DNA from: Planctomycetota bacterium
GTDB taxonomy: Bacteria; Planctomycetota; UBA1135; GCA-002686595
Assembly (NCBI GenBank): GCA_046349615.1
Contig: JAXMBZ010000005.1
Span: forward strand, 49,785 to 113,784
DNA: 64,000 bases
Reading direction: 5' to 3'
Position 1 is the first letter of the stretch. The number at the start of each line of letters is the position of its first letter. This document shows, piece by piece, positions 8,981-19,004 of the stretch. Under the pieces are notes generated by a model that had not been told where the DNA came from, did not search any database, and saw nothing but the letters and a program-made list of their open reading frames with translations. The position numbers and the translations under genes are program-made.

Positions 8981-11029
8981 ATGTCCGCTCAAGTACCCGT
9001 CGAGCGCGCTTCCCCGCGCGCGACCGCCGTCGCCGCGCTCGATCGTCGTCGAGCCCCGCTGCGCCGCTTCCTGTCCCGGCCCGCGTCGCTCGGCTCGCTG
9101 GCCGCGGCGTTCGTGCTCGTCACCTCGGTCGCGTGCATCGCGATCGTCGCGCGGGTGTCGATGCGGACCTACCGCGAGCAGTACCGAGCGGACCTGGAGC
9201 GCATCGCCGAGGCCGCCGTCTCGCTGATCGCGAGCGACGCGCACGACGCGATCCGTTCCCCCGAGCAGCAGAACGGGCCCGAGTACGCGCGCGTCGTGGC
9301 TCCGCTGCGCGCGATGCTCTCGCGCGCGAGCGGCGTGCGCTTCCTCTACACGGCGATCGAGCAGGACGGAGAGGTCTTGTTCGTGCTCGACGCGTCCGAT
9401 CCCGGCGACCACGACGGCGACGGACGCGAGGACCAGGCGAAGATCCTGGAGCCGTACGACGACGCCGCGCCCGAACTCCGCGAATGCCTGCGGAGCGGAC
9501 GTCCGACGTCGACCGCCGAGCCGGTGCAGGACGAGTGGGGACGCTTCCAATCCGCCTGGGCGCCGATCGTCGACGCGGAAGGACGCATCCACGGCGCGCT
9601 CGGCGTCGACGTGACCGCGGAGCGCTTCGACGAGGACCTCGCGCGCATGGAGAGAGCGCGTGAACTCGCGCTCGTGCCGGCCGTGCTCCTGAGCCTCGTC
9701 GCGGGCGTGTCCGTCTTCCTGCTCCGTCGTGCGGAGCGTCGCGCGACGATGCAGCTCGGCCGCGCGCTCGACGACTCGGCGCGCAAGGCCGACGAACTGC
9801 TCCGCACCAACGAGGACCTCGCTCGCGCCCGCGTCGAGGCCGAAGCGTCGAGCCGCGCGAAGAGCGAGTTCCTCGCGAACATGAGCCACGAGATCCGCAC
9901 GCCGATGACCGCGATCCTCGGGTTCGCGGATCTGCTCGCTCAGGGCAACGGACCGAGCGACGAGGCCGTCGGGACGATCCGGCGAAACGGCGAGCACCTG
10001 CTCGCGATCCTGAACGACATCCTCGACCTCTCGAAGATCGAAGCGGGCCGCATGACGGTCGAGCGCGTGCCCGTCGACGCGCTCCAACTCGTCCGCGACG
10101 TCGTCGCGCTCGAGCGCGTTCGCGCGGAGCAGCGCGGGATCGCGCTCGTGCTCGCGGCCCCGACGCGCCTGCCGCGCTCGATCGCGAGCGATCCGCTGCG
10201 CCTCCGTCAGATCCTGATGAACCTCGTCGGGAACGCGATCAAGTTCACGCAGACCGGCGGCGTCACGGTCACCGTCTCCGCGGAGGAGCGCGCGGGACGC
10301 ATCGCGTTCGCCGTGAAGGACACCGGCATCGGGATGACCGCGGAGCAGCTCGCGCGGCTCTTCCAACCGTTCACGCAGGCGGACGGCTCGATGTCGCGGC
10401 GGTTCGGCGGCACGGGGCTCGGGCTCACGATCTCGAAGCGGCTCGCGGGGATGCTCGGCGGCGACATCACGGTGAGTTCGGCCCCGGGCGAAGGGAGCAC
10501 CTTCCGGGTCGAGCTCCCGATCGACTCCGCCGTCGCGTGCGAGTGGATGGACCCGAGCGCGCCCGCGCCCGCGCTCGCCGCGCGCGCGCCGAGCGCGGAC
10601 GCCGTGCGGCTCGACGGCGCGCGCGTCTTGCTCGCGGACGACGGCCGCGACAACCAACGGCTGATTTCGATCCACCTCAAGCGCGCGGGCGCCCACGTCG
10701 AGCTCGCGGACAACGGGCTCGACGTGCTGCGGCGGCTCTGCACGAGCGCGGACGCCGACGCGCGTCTCGCGGCCGACGCTCCGTTCGACGTGCTCTTGCT
10801 CGACATGCAGATGCCGGAGCTCGACGGGTACGGGACCGCGGCGCGGCTGCGCGCGCTGGGCTCGAAGCTCCCGATCGTCGCCTTGACGGCGCACGCGATG
10901 AGCGGCGACCGCGACCAGTGCCTCGCGGCGGGCTGCGACGACTACCTGACGAAGCCGATCGATCCCAAGGCGCTGCTCGCGACCGTGAAGCGGTACACGC
11001 TCTCCACCGAGCGAGCGTCGAGCGCCTGA
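8981..11029 (+). CDS. Hybrid sensor histidine kinase / response regulator with N-terminal periplasmic sensor domain.
   Basis: An N-terminal TM helix and sensor region are followed by the H-box [11 protein letters not shown] and the HATPase motifs N (NLVGNAIKF), G1 (DTGIGM) and G2 (GGTGLGL). A C-terminal receiver carries the DMQMPELDG acceptor Asp. Confidence 0.85.
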   Translation: MSAQVPVERASPRATAVAALDRRRAPLRRFLSRPASLGSLAAAFVLVTSVACIAIVARVSMRTYREQYRADLERIAEAAVSLIASDAHDAIRSPEQQNGPEYARVVAPLRAMLSRASGVRFLYTAIEQDGEVLFVLDASDPGDHDGDGREDQAKILEPYDDAAPELRECLRSGRPTSTAEPVQDEWGRFQSAWAPIVDAEGRIHGALGVDVTAERFDEDLARMERARELALVPAVLLSLVAGVSVFLLRRAERRATMQLGRALDDSARKADELLRTNEDLARARVEAEASSRAKSEFLANMSHEIRTPMTAILGFADLLAQGNGPSDEAVGTIRRNGEHLLAILNDILDLSKIEAGRMTVERVPVDALQLVRDVVALERVRAEQRGIALVLAAPTRLPRSIASDPLRLRQILMNLVGNAIKFTQTGGVTVTVSAEERAGRIAFAVKDTGIGMTAEQLARLFQPFTQADGSMSRRFGGTGLGLTISKRLAGMLGGDITVSSAPGEGSTFRVELPIDSAVACEWMDPSAPAPALAARAPSADAVRLDGARVLLADDGRDNQRLISIHLKRAGAHVELADNGLDVLRRLCTSADADARLAADAPFDVLLLDMQMPELDGYGTAARLRALGSKLPIVALTAHAMSGDRDQCLAAGCDDYLTKPIDPKALLATVKRYTLSTERASSA

Positions 11030-11103
11030 TCGATCGAGCGCGCGGCGCGCGAATCCGGGCTCGCCCGCGGGCGCGCGCACGACGGACCGCGCGTCGTGCC
11101 GCG

Positions 11104-13002
11104 TCAGCTCCCCGCGAGGTGCGCCGCGATCTCCGCGAGGAAGAGCGGCCCGAGGTCCGCCGCCTTCTTGTCGCCGACGCCCTTCGTCGCGCGGAACTCC
11201 TCCGCGGTGCGCGGTTTCGTCGCCGCGAAGAGCGCGAGCGTCTTGTCGTTGAAGATCAGATAAGGCGGCACGCCGCGCTCGGCCGCGAGCTCGCGGCGGA
11301 ACGCGCGCAGCCGCTCGAACAGCGCTTCGTCGACGTCCGCGCCGAGCGCGTCGTCGTCGGCGTCGAGCGCGTGACGCGCGGGCTTCTTCGCGGTCTTCGA
11401 CTCGGGCACCGCGGGCACGTAGAGCGTGACGGGGCGCTCGGCCTTCATCACCTCGACGCCGCTCTTCGAGAGGAAGAGGATCGGGTACTCGCCGTCCGCG
11501 ACGCGGAGGTGGCCTTGCCCGACGAGCTGGTCGATCCACGCGCGCACTTCCTTCGCGCTCTTGTCCGCGAGCAGGCCGTACGTGGAGAGGTCCTGGTGCC
11601 CGTACTGCTGGATGCGCTGGTTCTTCGCGCCGCGCAGGACGTCCGTGACGTGCGCCGCGCCGAAGCGTTGTCCGCAGCGCACGACGCACGAGAGGATCTT
11701 CTGCGCGATCACCTGGCTGTCCGCGAGCGTCGCGATCTCGCCGAGGCACACGTCGCACGCGCCGCAGCCCGGCGCACCGATCGAAGCCTCCGCGCGCGGC
11801 TCCCACGCCTGGCCGAAGTACTCGACGAGCTGCTTGTGACGGCACGTCGCGCTCGTCGCGAGGTTCCACATGTGGCCGAGCCGCTCGAGCGCGTGCGCGA
11901 GCTCGTCCATCGCCGTCTCCGCGCCCGCGGCCGCCGCTTCGCGCGCGCTGCGCTCCATGAGCTGCTTCCAGCCGTGGTAGTCCGCGCCGCCGAAGAAGAG
12001 GACGCATTCGGACGCGAGTCCGTCGCGGCCCGCGCGTCCGGTCTCCTGCGAGTACTGCTCGACGCCCTTCGGCAGGCTCTGGTGCACGACGAAGCGCACG
12101 TCGGGACGGTCGATGCCCATCCCGAACGCGACGGTCGCGACGACGACGTCGACGCGCTCGTTCTGGAAGTCGTCTTGAGCGCGCGCGCGTTCGGCGGAGC
12201 CCATGCCCGCGTGGTAGGGGACGCAGCGCACGCCGCGCGACTTCAAATCGGCGGCGGTCTCCTCGACGTCCGTGCGGCGGAGGCAGTACACGATCCCCGC
12301 GTCGCCCGGATGCCGGCGGATCACGGCGTGGATCTGGTCGGCTGCGTCGCGGCGCGGGAGCGCGCGGTAGGTCAGGTTCGGCCGATCGAAGCCGCCGACG
12401 AGCACGAGCGGGTCGACGAGCCCGAGCTGCTTCTGGATGTCCTCGCGGACCGACGGCGTCGCGGTCGCGGTGAACGCTTGGAGCGCGAGCCACGGGTGGC
12501 GCTTCTTGAGCCCGCCGAGACCGCGGTACTCGGGGCGGAAGTCGTGGCCCCAATGACTGATGCAGTGCGCTTCGTCGATCGCGGCGCCGTTGAGGCCGAA
12601 ACGGCGGAGCTCGTCGAGGAAGCCCTCGACGAGCAGGCGCTCGGGCGAGACGTAGAGCAACTTGAGCTCGCCCGACTCCATGCGGCGCCACGTCGTGCGC
12701 CGTGCTTCGGCGTCCTGCGCGCTGTTCAGCATGCCCGCGCCGACGCCGAACTCGAGGAGGCCCGCGACCTGGTCCTGCATCAGCGAGATCAGCGGGCTGA
12801 CGACGAGCGTCAACCCGGGGCGCACGAGCGCGGGGAGTTGGTAGCAGAGGCTCTTCCCGCCGCCGGTCGGGAGCACGACGAGCGCGTCGCGGCCCGCGAG
12901 CGACGCGCGGATCGCCTCGTCCTGCATCGGACGCAGGCGCTCGAAGCCGAACACGGAGCGCAGGACCTCGCCGACGCGCGCTTCGGCGAGCGCGGGGTCC
13001 AT
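11104..13002 (-). CDS. recQ: ATP-dependent DNA helicase RecQ.
   Basis: Helicase motifs are present (PTGGGKSLCYQLPA, DEAH, Zn-binding cysteines, HRDC-like C-terminus). The start was set at the internal MDPALAE ATG, which has GGGGA 6 nt upstream. The first ATG of the ORF is at 13080. Confidence 0.85.
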   Translation of the reverse strand: MDPALAEARVGEVLRSVFGFERLRPMQDEAIRASLAGRDALVVLPTGGGKSLCYQLPALVRPGLTLVVSPLISLMQDQVAGLLEFGVGAGMLNSAQDAEARRTTWRRMESGELKLLYVSPERLLVEGFLDELRRFGLNGAAIDEAHCISHWGHDFRPEYRGLGGLKKRHPWLALQAFTATATPSVREDIQKQLGLVDPLVLVGGFDRPNLTYRALPRRDAADQIHAVIRRHPGDAGIVYCLRRTDVEETAADLKSRGVRCVPYHAGMGSAERARAQDDFQNERVDVVVATVAFGMGIDRPDVRFVVHQSLPKGVEQYSQETGRAGRDGLASECVLFFGGADYHGWKQLMERSAREAAAAGAETAMDELAHALERLGHMWNLATSATCRHKQLVEYFGQAWEPRAEASIGAPGCGACDVCLGEIATLADSQVIAQKILSCVVRCGQRFGAAHVTDVLRGAKNQRIQQYGHQDLSTYGLLADKSAKEVRAWIDQLVGQGHLRVADGEYPILFLSKSGVEVMKAERPVTLYVPAVPESKTAKKPARHALDADDDALGADVDEALFERLRAFRRELAAERGVPPYLIFNDKTLALFAATKPRTAEEFRATKGVGDKKAADLGPLFLAEIAAHLAGS

Positions 13003-13448
13003 GCCGGTCCCCGCGGTCGCGAGGTCGAGGTCGAAGCCGTCCACGACTGCGGATTGGAGCGCGCGCGCGCGCGCGATCAAGGGCCGAGTGGGCGCTCCGC
13101 CGGAAGCCTGTGCGGCGCGCGCGCTCCCGAGGGAAGAGGTTTGGAGCGCGCGGCGGGCGAGGCGGGCGATTCCCCGGTTCCGTCCCCGCCGCGCGCGGTT
13201 CGTCGCGCCGTCCGCCGACGCTCGCCGCGGGCGCAGCGCGACCCGCCCTCGTCCGGCCGCGCCTCGGCGCCGCGCATTCGGTCGCTCGGAGCTGTTCCGT
13301 GCCGGGGAGACGTCCGACCGCGCACGGGCGACGATCCTCGGCCTGCACGGATTCGACGCGGGGCTTTCCTCGCGCGCGCGCGGTCCGCATCCTCCGCACT
13401 TCGCGCGCCGTGCTCCGCTGCGGCCGCGTTCCCTCGGAGACCGCGCGC

Positions 13449-15815
13449 ATGAACGTCCTCGCTCGCTACGTGAACTGGCTCCACGGTCGCTGGCCCGCCG
13501 GCGCGGTCGAGAAGCTGCCCGACGTCGACGAGCGCGGCGCGACGAACGTGCCCGGGCTCTACGTCGTCGGCGACCTGACGGGGATCCCGCTGCTCAAGTT
13601 CTCCGCGGACTCGGGCGCGCGCGCCGTGCGGACGATCGCCGGCGACGCGTCGTTCCAGAAGGAGCGCGCGTCGAAGGCGGACGGCGTGCTCGACGTCGTG
13701 ATCGTCGGCGCGGGCGTCTCCGGGATGGCGGCGGCGATCGAGGCGAAAGCGCTCGGGCTCGCGTTCGAGCTGCTCGAGGCGAGCGAGCCGTTCTCGACGG
13801 TCGTCAACTTCCCGAAGGCGAAGCCGATCTACACCTACCCGACGGACATGACGCCGCTCGGTGCGCTGCAGTTCACGGCAGAGGTCAAGGAGCCGCTCCT
13901 CGACGAAGTGCGCGCGATCGCGAAGCAGCACGGCGTCGAGCCGCGCATCGCGCGCGCCGAGCGCGTCGTGCGCGACGGCGGCGTGTTCGAGGTCGTGATC
14001 CCCGATCGACCGAGCCTGCGCGCGCTCCGCGTCGTCGTCGCGATCGGCCGCTCGGGCAATTTCCGCAAGCTCGGCGTGCCGGGCGAGGACTCCGGGAAGG
14101 TCTTCAACCGCCTGCACGACCCCAAGGAGTTCGCGGGGAAGCACGCGCTCGTCGTCGGCGGCGGCGACAGCGCGCTCGAGACCGCGATCGCGCTCGCCCA
14201 GTGCGGCGCGCACGTCGTGCTGAGCTACCGCAAGCCCGAGTTCGCGCGCCCCAAGCCCGAGAACGTCGAGCGCCTCGAGAAGCTCCGCGCGGATCCGAGC
14301 GCCGACGTCGCCGTCGAGACGCCGTCCTCCGAGCGCGTGACGACCGCGGTCGGCGGCTACATGGAGCAGCACAAGAAGCCCGGCTCGATCCGGCTCGAGC
14401 TCGCGAGCGCCGTGAAGCGCATCGATCCGAACACGGTCACGATCTCCGACGCGCAGAAGAAGGAGCACGTCCTCCCGAACGACGTCGTGTTCTCGATGAT
14501 CGGCCGCGAGGCACCGCTCGAGTTCTTCCGCAAGTCGGGCGTGCGCATCCGCGGCGAGCTCGGCGCGCGCGCGTGGACCGCGTTCGCGCTCTTCGCGCTC
14601 TTCTGCGTGTTCGTCTACAACTGGAAGGCGGGCGGGATGCTCAAGCACGCCTTCCAGGAGCACGGCTGGTTCCCGTTCAACGTGCCGGGCCTCTTGAAGG
14701 GCCTTTCCGCGAGCGCGGGCGACCCGTCGACGGTCCTCGGCACGCTCGCGATCACGCTCGAGGAGCCGGGCTTCTACTATTCGCTCGCGTATTGCGTGCT
14801 CGTCGTGTTGTTCGGGTTCCAGCGCATTCGCCGGCGGAAGACGCCCTACGTGAAGGTGCAGACCTCGACGTTGATGGCGGTGCAGCTCGTGCCGCTCTTC
14901 CTCCTGCCGTACTTCGTGCTGCCCTACCTCGGGCACAACGGCGCGTTCGACGCGGGCTTCGGGAAGACGCTCGCGGACGACCTGTTCCCCGTCGCGGGCT
15001 ACGGCCACGGTCGCGAGTACTGGCGCGCGTTCGGCTTCGTCCTCGCGTGGCCGCTCTTCATCTGGAACGTGTTCACCGAGCAGCCGATGTGGGCGTGGCT
15101 CGCGATCAGCCTCGTGCAGACGTTCGTCCTGATCCCGCTGCTCGTGCGCAAGTTCGGCAAGGGCGCGTACTGCGGATGGATCTGCTCGTGCGGCGCGCTC
15201 GCGGAGACGCTCGGCGACGCGCACCGGACGAAGATGCCGCATGGGAAGGTGTGGAACCGGCTGAACCTGGTGGGGCAGGCGATCCTGTGGATCGCGCTCG
15301 CGCTGTTCCTGATGCGCGTCGCGACTTGGACGCTGCCCGGGACGTGGATCGGCGAGCACGCGAAGTCGCTCTACTACGGTCTGCTCTCGGGGTGGAACGT
15401 GCTCGGCGTGCAGCTCAACTACTACTGGCTCGTCGACGTGTTCCTCGCGGGCGTCGTCGGCGTCGCGTTCTACTTCTGGTTCTCCGGGCGCGTGTGGTGC
15501 CGCTTCGCGTGCCCGCTCGCGGCGCTGATGCACGTCTACGCGCGCTTCTCGCGCTTCCGCATCCTGCCCGAGAAGAAGAAGTGCATCTCGTGCAACGTGT
15601 GCACGAGCGTCTGTCACCAGGGCATCGACGTGATGAACTTCGCGAACAAGGGCCTCCCGATGGAGGACCCCGAGTGCGTCCGCTGCTCGGCGTGCGTGCA
15701 GAGCTGCCCGACCGGCGTGCTCGAGTTCGGCGAGGTCGATCCGAAGACCGGCGCCGTGACGCAGCGCGCGCGCTTGGCGGCGTCGCTGGTGCGGACGAGC
15801 GAAGCGTCGCACTGA
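13449..15815 (+). CDS. Fusion protein: N-terminal FAD/NAD(P)-binding pyridine-nucleotide-disulfide oxidoreductase-like domain, plus C-terminal multi-pass membrane polyferredoxin (NapH/MauN/FixG-like, two 4Fe-4S Cys clusters).
   Basis: GxGxxG dinucleotide folds occur twice (VIVGAGVSG, LVVGGGDSA). About six predicted TM helices follow. The cysteine clusters are CGWICSCGALAE, CxxCxxCxxxCH and CVRCSACVQSCP. The first 113 codons of the ORF are Arg-rich junk, so the start was set at MNVLARY. Confidence 0.7.
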   Translation: MNVLARYVNWLHGRWPAGAVEKLPDVDERGATNVPGLYVVGDLTGIPLLKFSADSGARAVRTIAGDASFQKERASKADGVLDVVIVGAGVSGMAAAIEAKALGLAFELLEASEPFSTVVNFPKAKPIYTYPTDMTPLGALQFTAEVKEPLLDEVRAIAKQHGVEPRIARAERVVRDGGVFEVVIPDRPSLRALRVVVAIGRSGNFRKLGVPGEDSGKVFNRLHDPKEFAGKHALVVGGGDSALETAIALAQCGAHVVLSYRKPEFARPKPENVERLEKLRADPSADVAVETPSSERVTTAVGGYMEQHKKPGSIRLELASAVKRIDPNTVTISDAQKKEHVLPNDVVFSMIGREAPLEFFRKSGVRIRGELGARAWTAFALFALFCVFVYNWKAGGMLKHAFQEHGWFPFNVPGLLKGLSASAGDPSTVLGTLAITLEEPGFYYSLAYCVLVVLFGFQRIRRRKTPYVKVQTSTLMAVQLVPLFLLPYFVLPYLGHNGAFDAGFGKTLADDLFPVAGYGHGREYWRAFGFVLAWPLFIWNVFTEQPMWAWLAISLVQTFVLIPLLVRKFGKGAYCGWICSCGALAETLGDAHRTKMPHGKVWNRLNLVGQAILWIALALFLMRVATWTLPGTWIGEHAKSLYYGLLSGWNVLGVQLNYYWLVDVFLAGVVGVAFYFWFSGRVWCRFACPLAALMHVYARFSRFRILPEKKKCISCNVCTSVCHQGIDVMNFANKGLPMEDPECVRCSACVQSCPTGVLEFGEVDPKTGAVTQRARLAASLVRTSEASH

Positions 15816-16037
15816 GCGAGCGCCGGGCCGAGACGCGGCGCGTTCGAAGTCTCGCGCTCGCCGCGCGACGCCTCAGAGCCTGTGAAGGAATCAGGGATGC
15901 CCGGCAGGGTTGTCCAGAGGCGTTCCGGCAAGGCGCGATGACGACGCGTATTCGCTGGCAATACTCGGAGGAATCGCAACGCCGCCGGGGCGCCTCTGGG
16001 CGAGCGTGACGGGTGTCTCTGATTTCTTCACAGGCTC

Positions 16038-16796
16038 TCAGTCGAGGATGCGGCCGAGGTTCTCCGTCAGCCCGAACACGAGCTGGAACCCCGGCACGTC
16101 GTCGTTCAACGCAAGCACGCAACCGACGTCGAGCACGAGCAGGCGGCACGGATTCCACGCGACGCCGAGCGTCGCGAACGCGGGCGCGAAGTCCTGCTCC
16201 GGCACCCACGCCTGCACGACTTCGCCGAAGAACGACGCGCGCCCGACGAACGGCGATGCCGCCGAGAGCGCGACGGCGTGTCCGACGTCGGGGTCGCGCG
16301 AGCCGCGCTGACCGTACGCGTCGAACTGGTAGTACGCGCTGACGATCCAACCTTCGAAGACCTGCGTCGCCGCCGCGCCGATGGACACGTCGAGTTCGCC
16401 CGTGCCGAGCCCGGCCTCGCGCACTCCCGTCGGCAGCTTCACGGCGCCCTGGAGCGCGAACCCCGGTCCTTCCGCGCTCGGATCGACGAAGCGGTGCTTC
16501 GCGCCGAGCGTCACGTCGCCCGCGCCGTGGCTGTCGGGGCCCTCGAGCTCCACGTGCTGGAACGGCGCCCAGCCGAGGAACATCTCGGTGTGGTCGCCCG
16601 CGCCGTACTTCAGCGTCGTCGGCAGGAGCAGCGCGTCCGCGGGCTCCGCGACGACGCCGACCTCGACTTCGAACGAACCCGCCGGCGGCGTGCCGGTGTC
16701 CGTCGAGAAGAAGGAACGCTGCGCGGTGACGGGGTCCGTCGCGTCGACCGCGCGACACGCGACGAGCGACGCGGAGAGGGCGAGGAGGTGGCGCAT
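16038..16796 (-). CDS. Secreted hypothetical protein, probably an outer-membrane beta-barrel (MetA-pathway / putative transporter-like).
   Basis: A signal peptide (MRHLLALSASLVACRA) is followed by alternating hydrophobic beta-strand pattern rich in Gly and aromatic residues. The C-terminal residue is not aromatic, so this is not a typical OMP signature. Confidence 0.45.
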   Translation of the reverse strand: MRHLLALSASLVACRAVDATDPVTAQRSFFSTDTGTPPAGSFEVEVGVVAEPADALLLPTTLKYGAGDHTEMFLGWAPFQHVELEGPDSHGAGDVTLGAKHRFVDPSAEGPGFALQGAVKLPTGVREAGLGTGELDVSIGAAATQVFEGWIVSAYYQFDAYGQRGSRDPDVGHAVALSAASPFVGRASFFGEVVQAWVPEQDFAPAFATLGVAWNPCRLLVLDVGCVLALNDDVPGFQLVFGLTENLGRILD

Positions 16797-16922
16797 GGGG
16801 GAGCGGGACGATACGGACGAAGGCGCGGCCCGAAAAGCCCCGCGCGCGAAGCTGGCGGCGCGCGCTCGCGCCTGCGATGCTCCCGAAGACCCGGTCCGCG
16901 GTCGCGCGCCGGCCTCCGACCG

Positions 16923-17444
16923 ATGGCTTCGATCCGCATCGTCCTCGCCTGCGTGCTCCTCGCCTGTCTCTACGGCATCGCGCACGACCAGATCACCGCG
17001 CGCCTCTCGATCGAGTACTTCACGCTCGGCCATCCGCCGCTCGGTCTCGGAGACAGCCCGACCGTGCTCGGCCTCGCGTGGGGCGTGCTCGCGACGTGGT
17101 GGATGGGCCTCGGCATCGGCCTCGCGCTCGCGCTCTCCGCGCGCGCGGGCCGCTGGCCCAAGCTCGACCTGCGCGCGCTGCGCACGCCGATCCTCGCCTT
17201 CGTCACGATCCTCTTCGTGCTCGCGATGATGGCCCTGATGGCCGGCTGGGCCGCCGGCGTCTCCGACCGGTTCCGTCCACCGCCGTCGATCGCCGACCAA
17301 GTACCCTACGAGCGCTGGAAGCACTTCACCGCCGCCGCATGGGCCCACTCCGCGTCCTATTTCTTCGGCACGATCGGCACCCTCGCCCTCTGCACGCACA
17401 CGCTCCTCCTCCGCTGGCGCGCGCGCCGGAGAAGCGGGGGTTGA
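16923..17444 (+). CDS. Small integral membrane protein of unknown function (about 4 TM helices).
   Basis: The hydrophobic segments begin at MASIRIVLACVLLACLYGIAH within ORF 16278..17444. It is followed 60 nt later by a strong hairpin. Confidence 0.4.
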   Translation: MASIRIVLACVLLACLYGIAHDQITARLSIEYFTLGHPPLGLGDSPTVLGLAWGVLATWWMGLGIGLALALSARAGRWPKLDLRALRTPILAFVTILFVLAMMALMAGWAAGVSDRFRPPPSIADQVPYERWKHFTAAAWAHSASYFFGTIGTLALCTHTLLLRWRARRRSGG

Positions 17445-17506
17445 GCCCCCGCTTCACGAGCCGAGCCCCCCAATCTCCGCGCAACGAGATGCTGAGAGAC
17501 CCTAGA

Positions 17507-17555
17507 ACTCGGTGCTCGATCAGGCCGGTTCCTCCGGCCTGATCGAGCACCGAGT
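17507..17555 (+). terminator. Perfect 22-bp stem / 5-nt loop hairpin; likely intrinsic terminator (no U-tract, as is common in high-GC genomes).
   Basis: The sequence is actcggtgctcgatcaggccgg-ttcct-ccggcctgatcgagcaccgagt. It is mirrored in the two spurious ORFs that read LDQAG..GLIEHRV on each strand. Confidence 0.45.
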
Positions 17556-17560
17556 CTGGA

Positions 17561-18949
17561 ATGCGAAGCATCCAAATGTGCGCCTTGGCTCGCAGTCTCC
17601 TTCGCGCTCATCTCCCTCCCGCGCTCCCCCCCGTCATGCTCACCACGACCCTCCTCCTCCTCGCCCTCCAAACCACCCCGCGCTTCCCCGTCGGCGACGA
17701 CTTCGAGTCCCTCCCGCGCACCGGCGCACCCCAACCCGTCTACGCGCCGTCCCCCGACCACCCGCTGAACCAACTCCACGCGCTCCTCTTCCTCGCCGAC
17801 GTCACCCCCGACGAAGTCGGCGCCGCGCTCCCGACCGAGCGCCGCGCGAGCGGCCTCGACGACGCGCACTTCTTCGTCGGCAAGTGGCCGATCCCGCAGC
17901 GCAAGGGCCAACCCACCGACCACCGCTGGTTCGGCGGCGACGTCCGAACCTCGCCGCTCGTCACCCTCGACGCCGAGCACGACGCGAAGCTCGTCGAACT
18001 CTGCACGCGCTTCGACACGCCCGAGGAAGTCGCCGCCGTCCCCGAGCTCGCGAACCCGCTCGCGCGCCTGCTCCTGCAATGGGACGCGCTCCAGGTGCTC
18101 GTGCGCATGGACCGCAAGGATTTCGGCTCCGACGCCGCTCGGCGCGCGCTCCACCGCGTCGTGCGCGCGCTCGCGCAATCGCGTGCGACGCTGCTCGCGC
18201 TCCCTTCGGGGTTCGAGGCCCTGCGCGCGCAATTCCCCGCGGGCTCGCCGAAGGACCGGCGCGCGCCCTTCCTCGATCGCGCGCTCCTCGTGGACCCCGC
18301 GGGCCCGTGGGTCGAGGTCCAGCGCAAGTCGACCGCGCTCTTCGACGCGAAGAACTCGCTCCGTTCGGCGCGCGCGTTCCTCTCGCTCGGCCCCGCGTCG
18401 AAGCGCGCCGACGCGCTCGCGCTCGTCGCCGCCGTCGCGGCCGCGAAGACGGACGCGGAGCTTCCGAAGCTGCCGACGGGCGCGGAGGTCGCGCTCGTCC
18501 TCACGCTCGTGGGCGTCGACACGGACGGCAAACCGGTCGCGACGAACGTGATCGACGAAGTGCGCGTGCGCGCGCTCGTCGGGCCCGAGGAACTCTCCGC
18601 GACGAACGACACGAGCTCGCGCGACGGCTGGAACCACTGGGTGTTCGCGCGCACGCGGCGCGGGAGCCTCGTCGCGCCGGACGAGGGCGCGTTCCGCTTC
18701 GTGCCGGACACGGCGCAGTCGCTCTTCCTCGAATACGGCACGGCGAAGCACACGACGTACGCCGCGCAGTGCGCGCTCTGCCACCGCGCGACGAACGGCG
18801 GCGGTCAAGCGCCGTCGGGCGTGCGCATGCTCTCGCGGTTCGCCGAACCGAAGTCGATCACCGATCCGCGCACGCGGCTCGACCAAGCCGAGGGCGAGGT
18901 CGGGCCCGTGCTCGAGAGCCTCGCTCGGCGCTACGGATCCGCGCGCTGA
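17561..18949 (+). CDS. Hypothetical secreted protein with a single C-terminal CxxCH heme-binding motif.
   Basis: An N-terminal hydrophobic stretch (LTTTLLLLALQ) is present. Composition is diverse. The motif AQCALCHRATNGG lies near the C-terminus with a downstream Met (RML). The start is uncertain; alternative ATGs lie at about 17576 and 17636. Confidence 0.5.
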   Translation: MRSIQMCALARSLLRAHLPPALPPVMLTTTLLLLALQTTPRFPVGDDFESLPRTGAPQPVYAPSPDHPLNQLHALLFLADVTPDEVGAALPTERRASGLDDAHFFVGKWPIPQRKGQPTDHRWFGGDVRTSPLVTLDAEHDAKLVELCTRFDTPEEVAAVPELANPLARLLLQWDALQVLVRMDRKDFGSDAARRALHRVVRALAQSRATLLALPSGFEALRAQFPAGSPKDRRAPFLDRALLVDPAGPWVEVQRKSTALFDAKNSLRSARAFLSLGPASKRADALALVAAVAAAKTDAELPKLPTGAEVALVLTLVGVDTDGKPVATNVIDEVRVRALVGPEELSATNDTSSRDGWNHWVFARTRRGSLVAPDEGAFRFVPDTAQSLFLEYGTAKHTTYAAQCALCHRATNGGGQAPSGVRMLSRFAEPKSITDPRTRLDQAEGEVGPVLESLARRYGSAR

Positions 18950-19004
18950 CGCGCGCCCGACGCGGCGAGGTCCGCGTTCGGCGCGCGTTCACCGGGAGCC
19001 GGGC

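Noticed and set aside
8696-13450. Upstream ~1600 codons of the 2282-aa minus-strand ORF 6602..13450
   Set aside because: Only the C-terminal 697 aa (S9 peptidase) look protein-like. The rest is Arg-rich read-through, antisense to the sensor kinase and in a different frame of recQ.
10537-13452. 971-aa plus-strand ORF
   Set aside because: It is antisense to recQ, with Arg/Ala-rich low complexity and no recognisable domains.
17357-18886. 509-aa minus-strand ORF
   Set aside because: It is antisense to the protein-like 17561..18949 gene, and Arg-rich.
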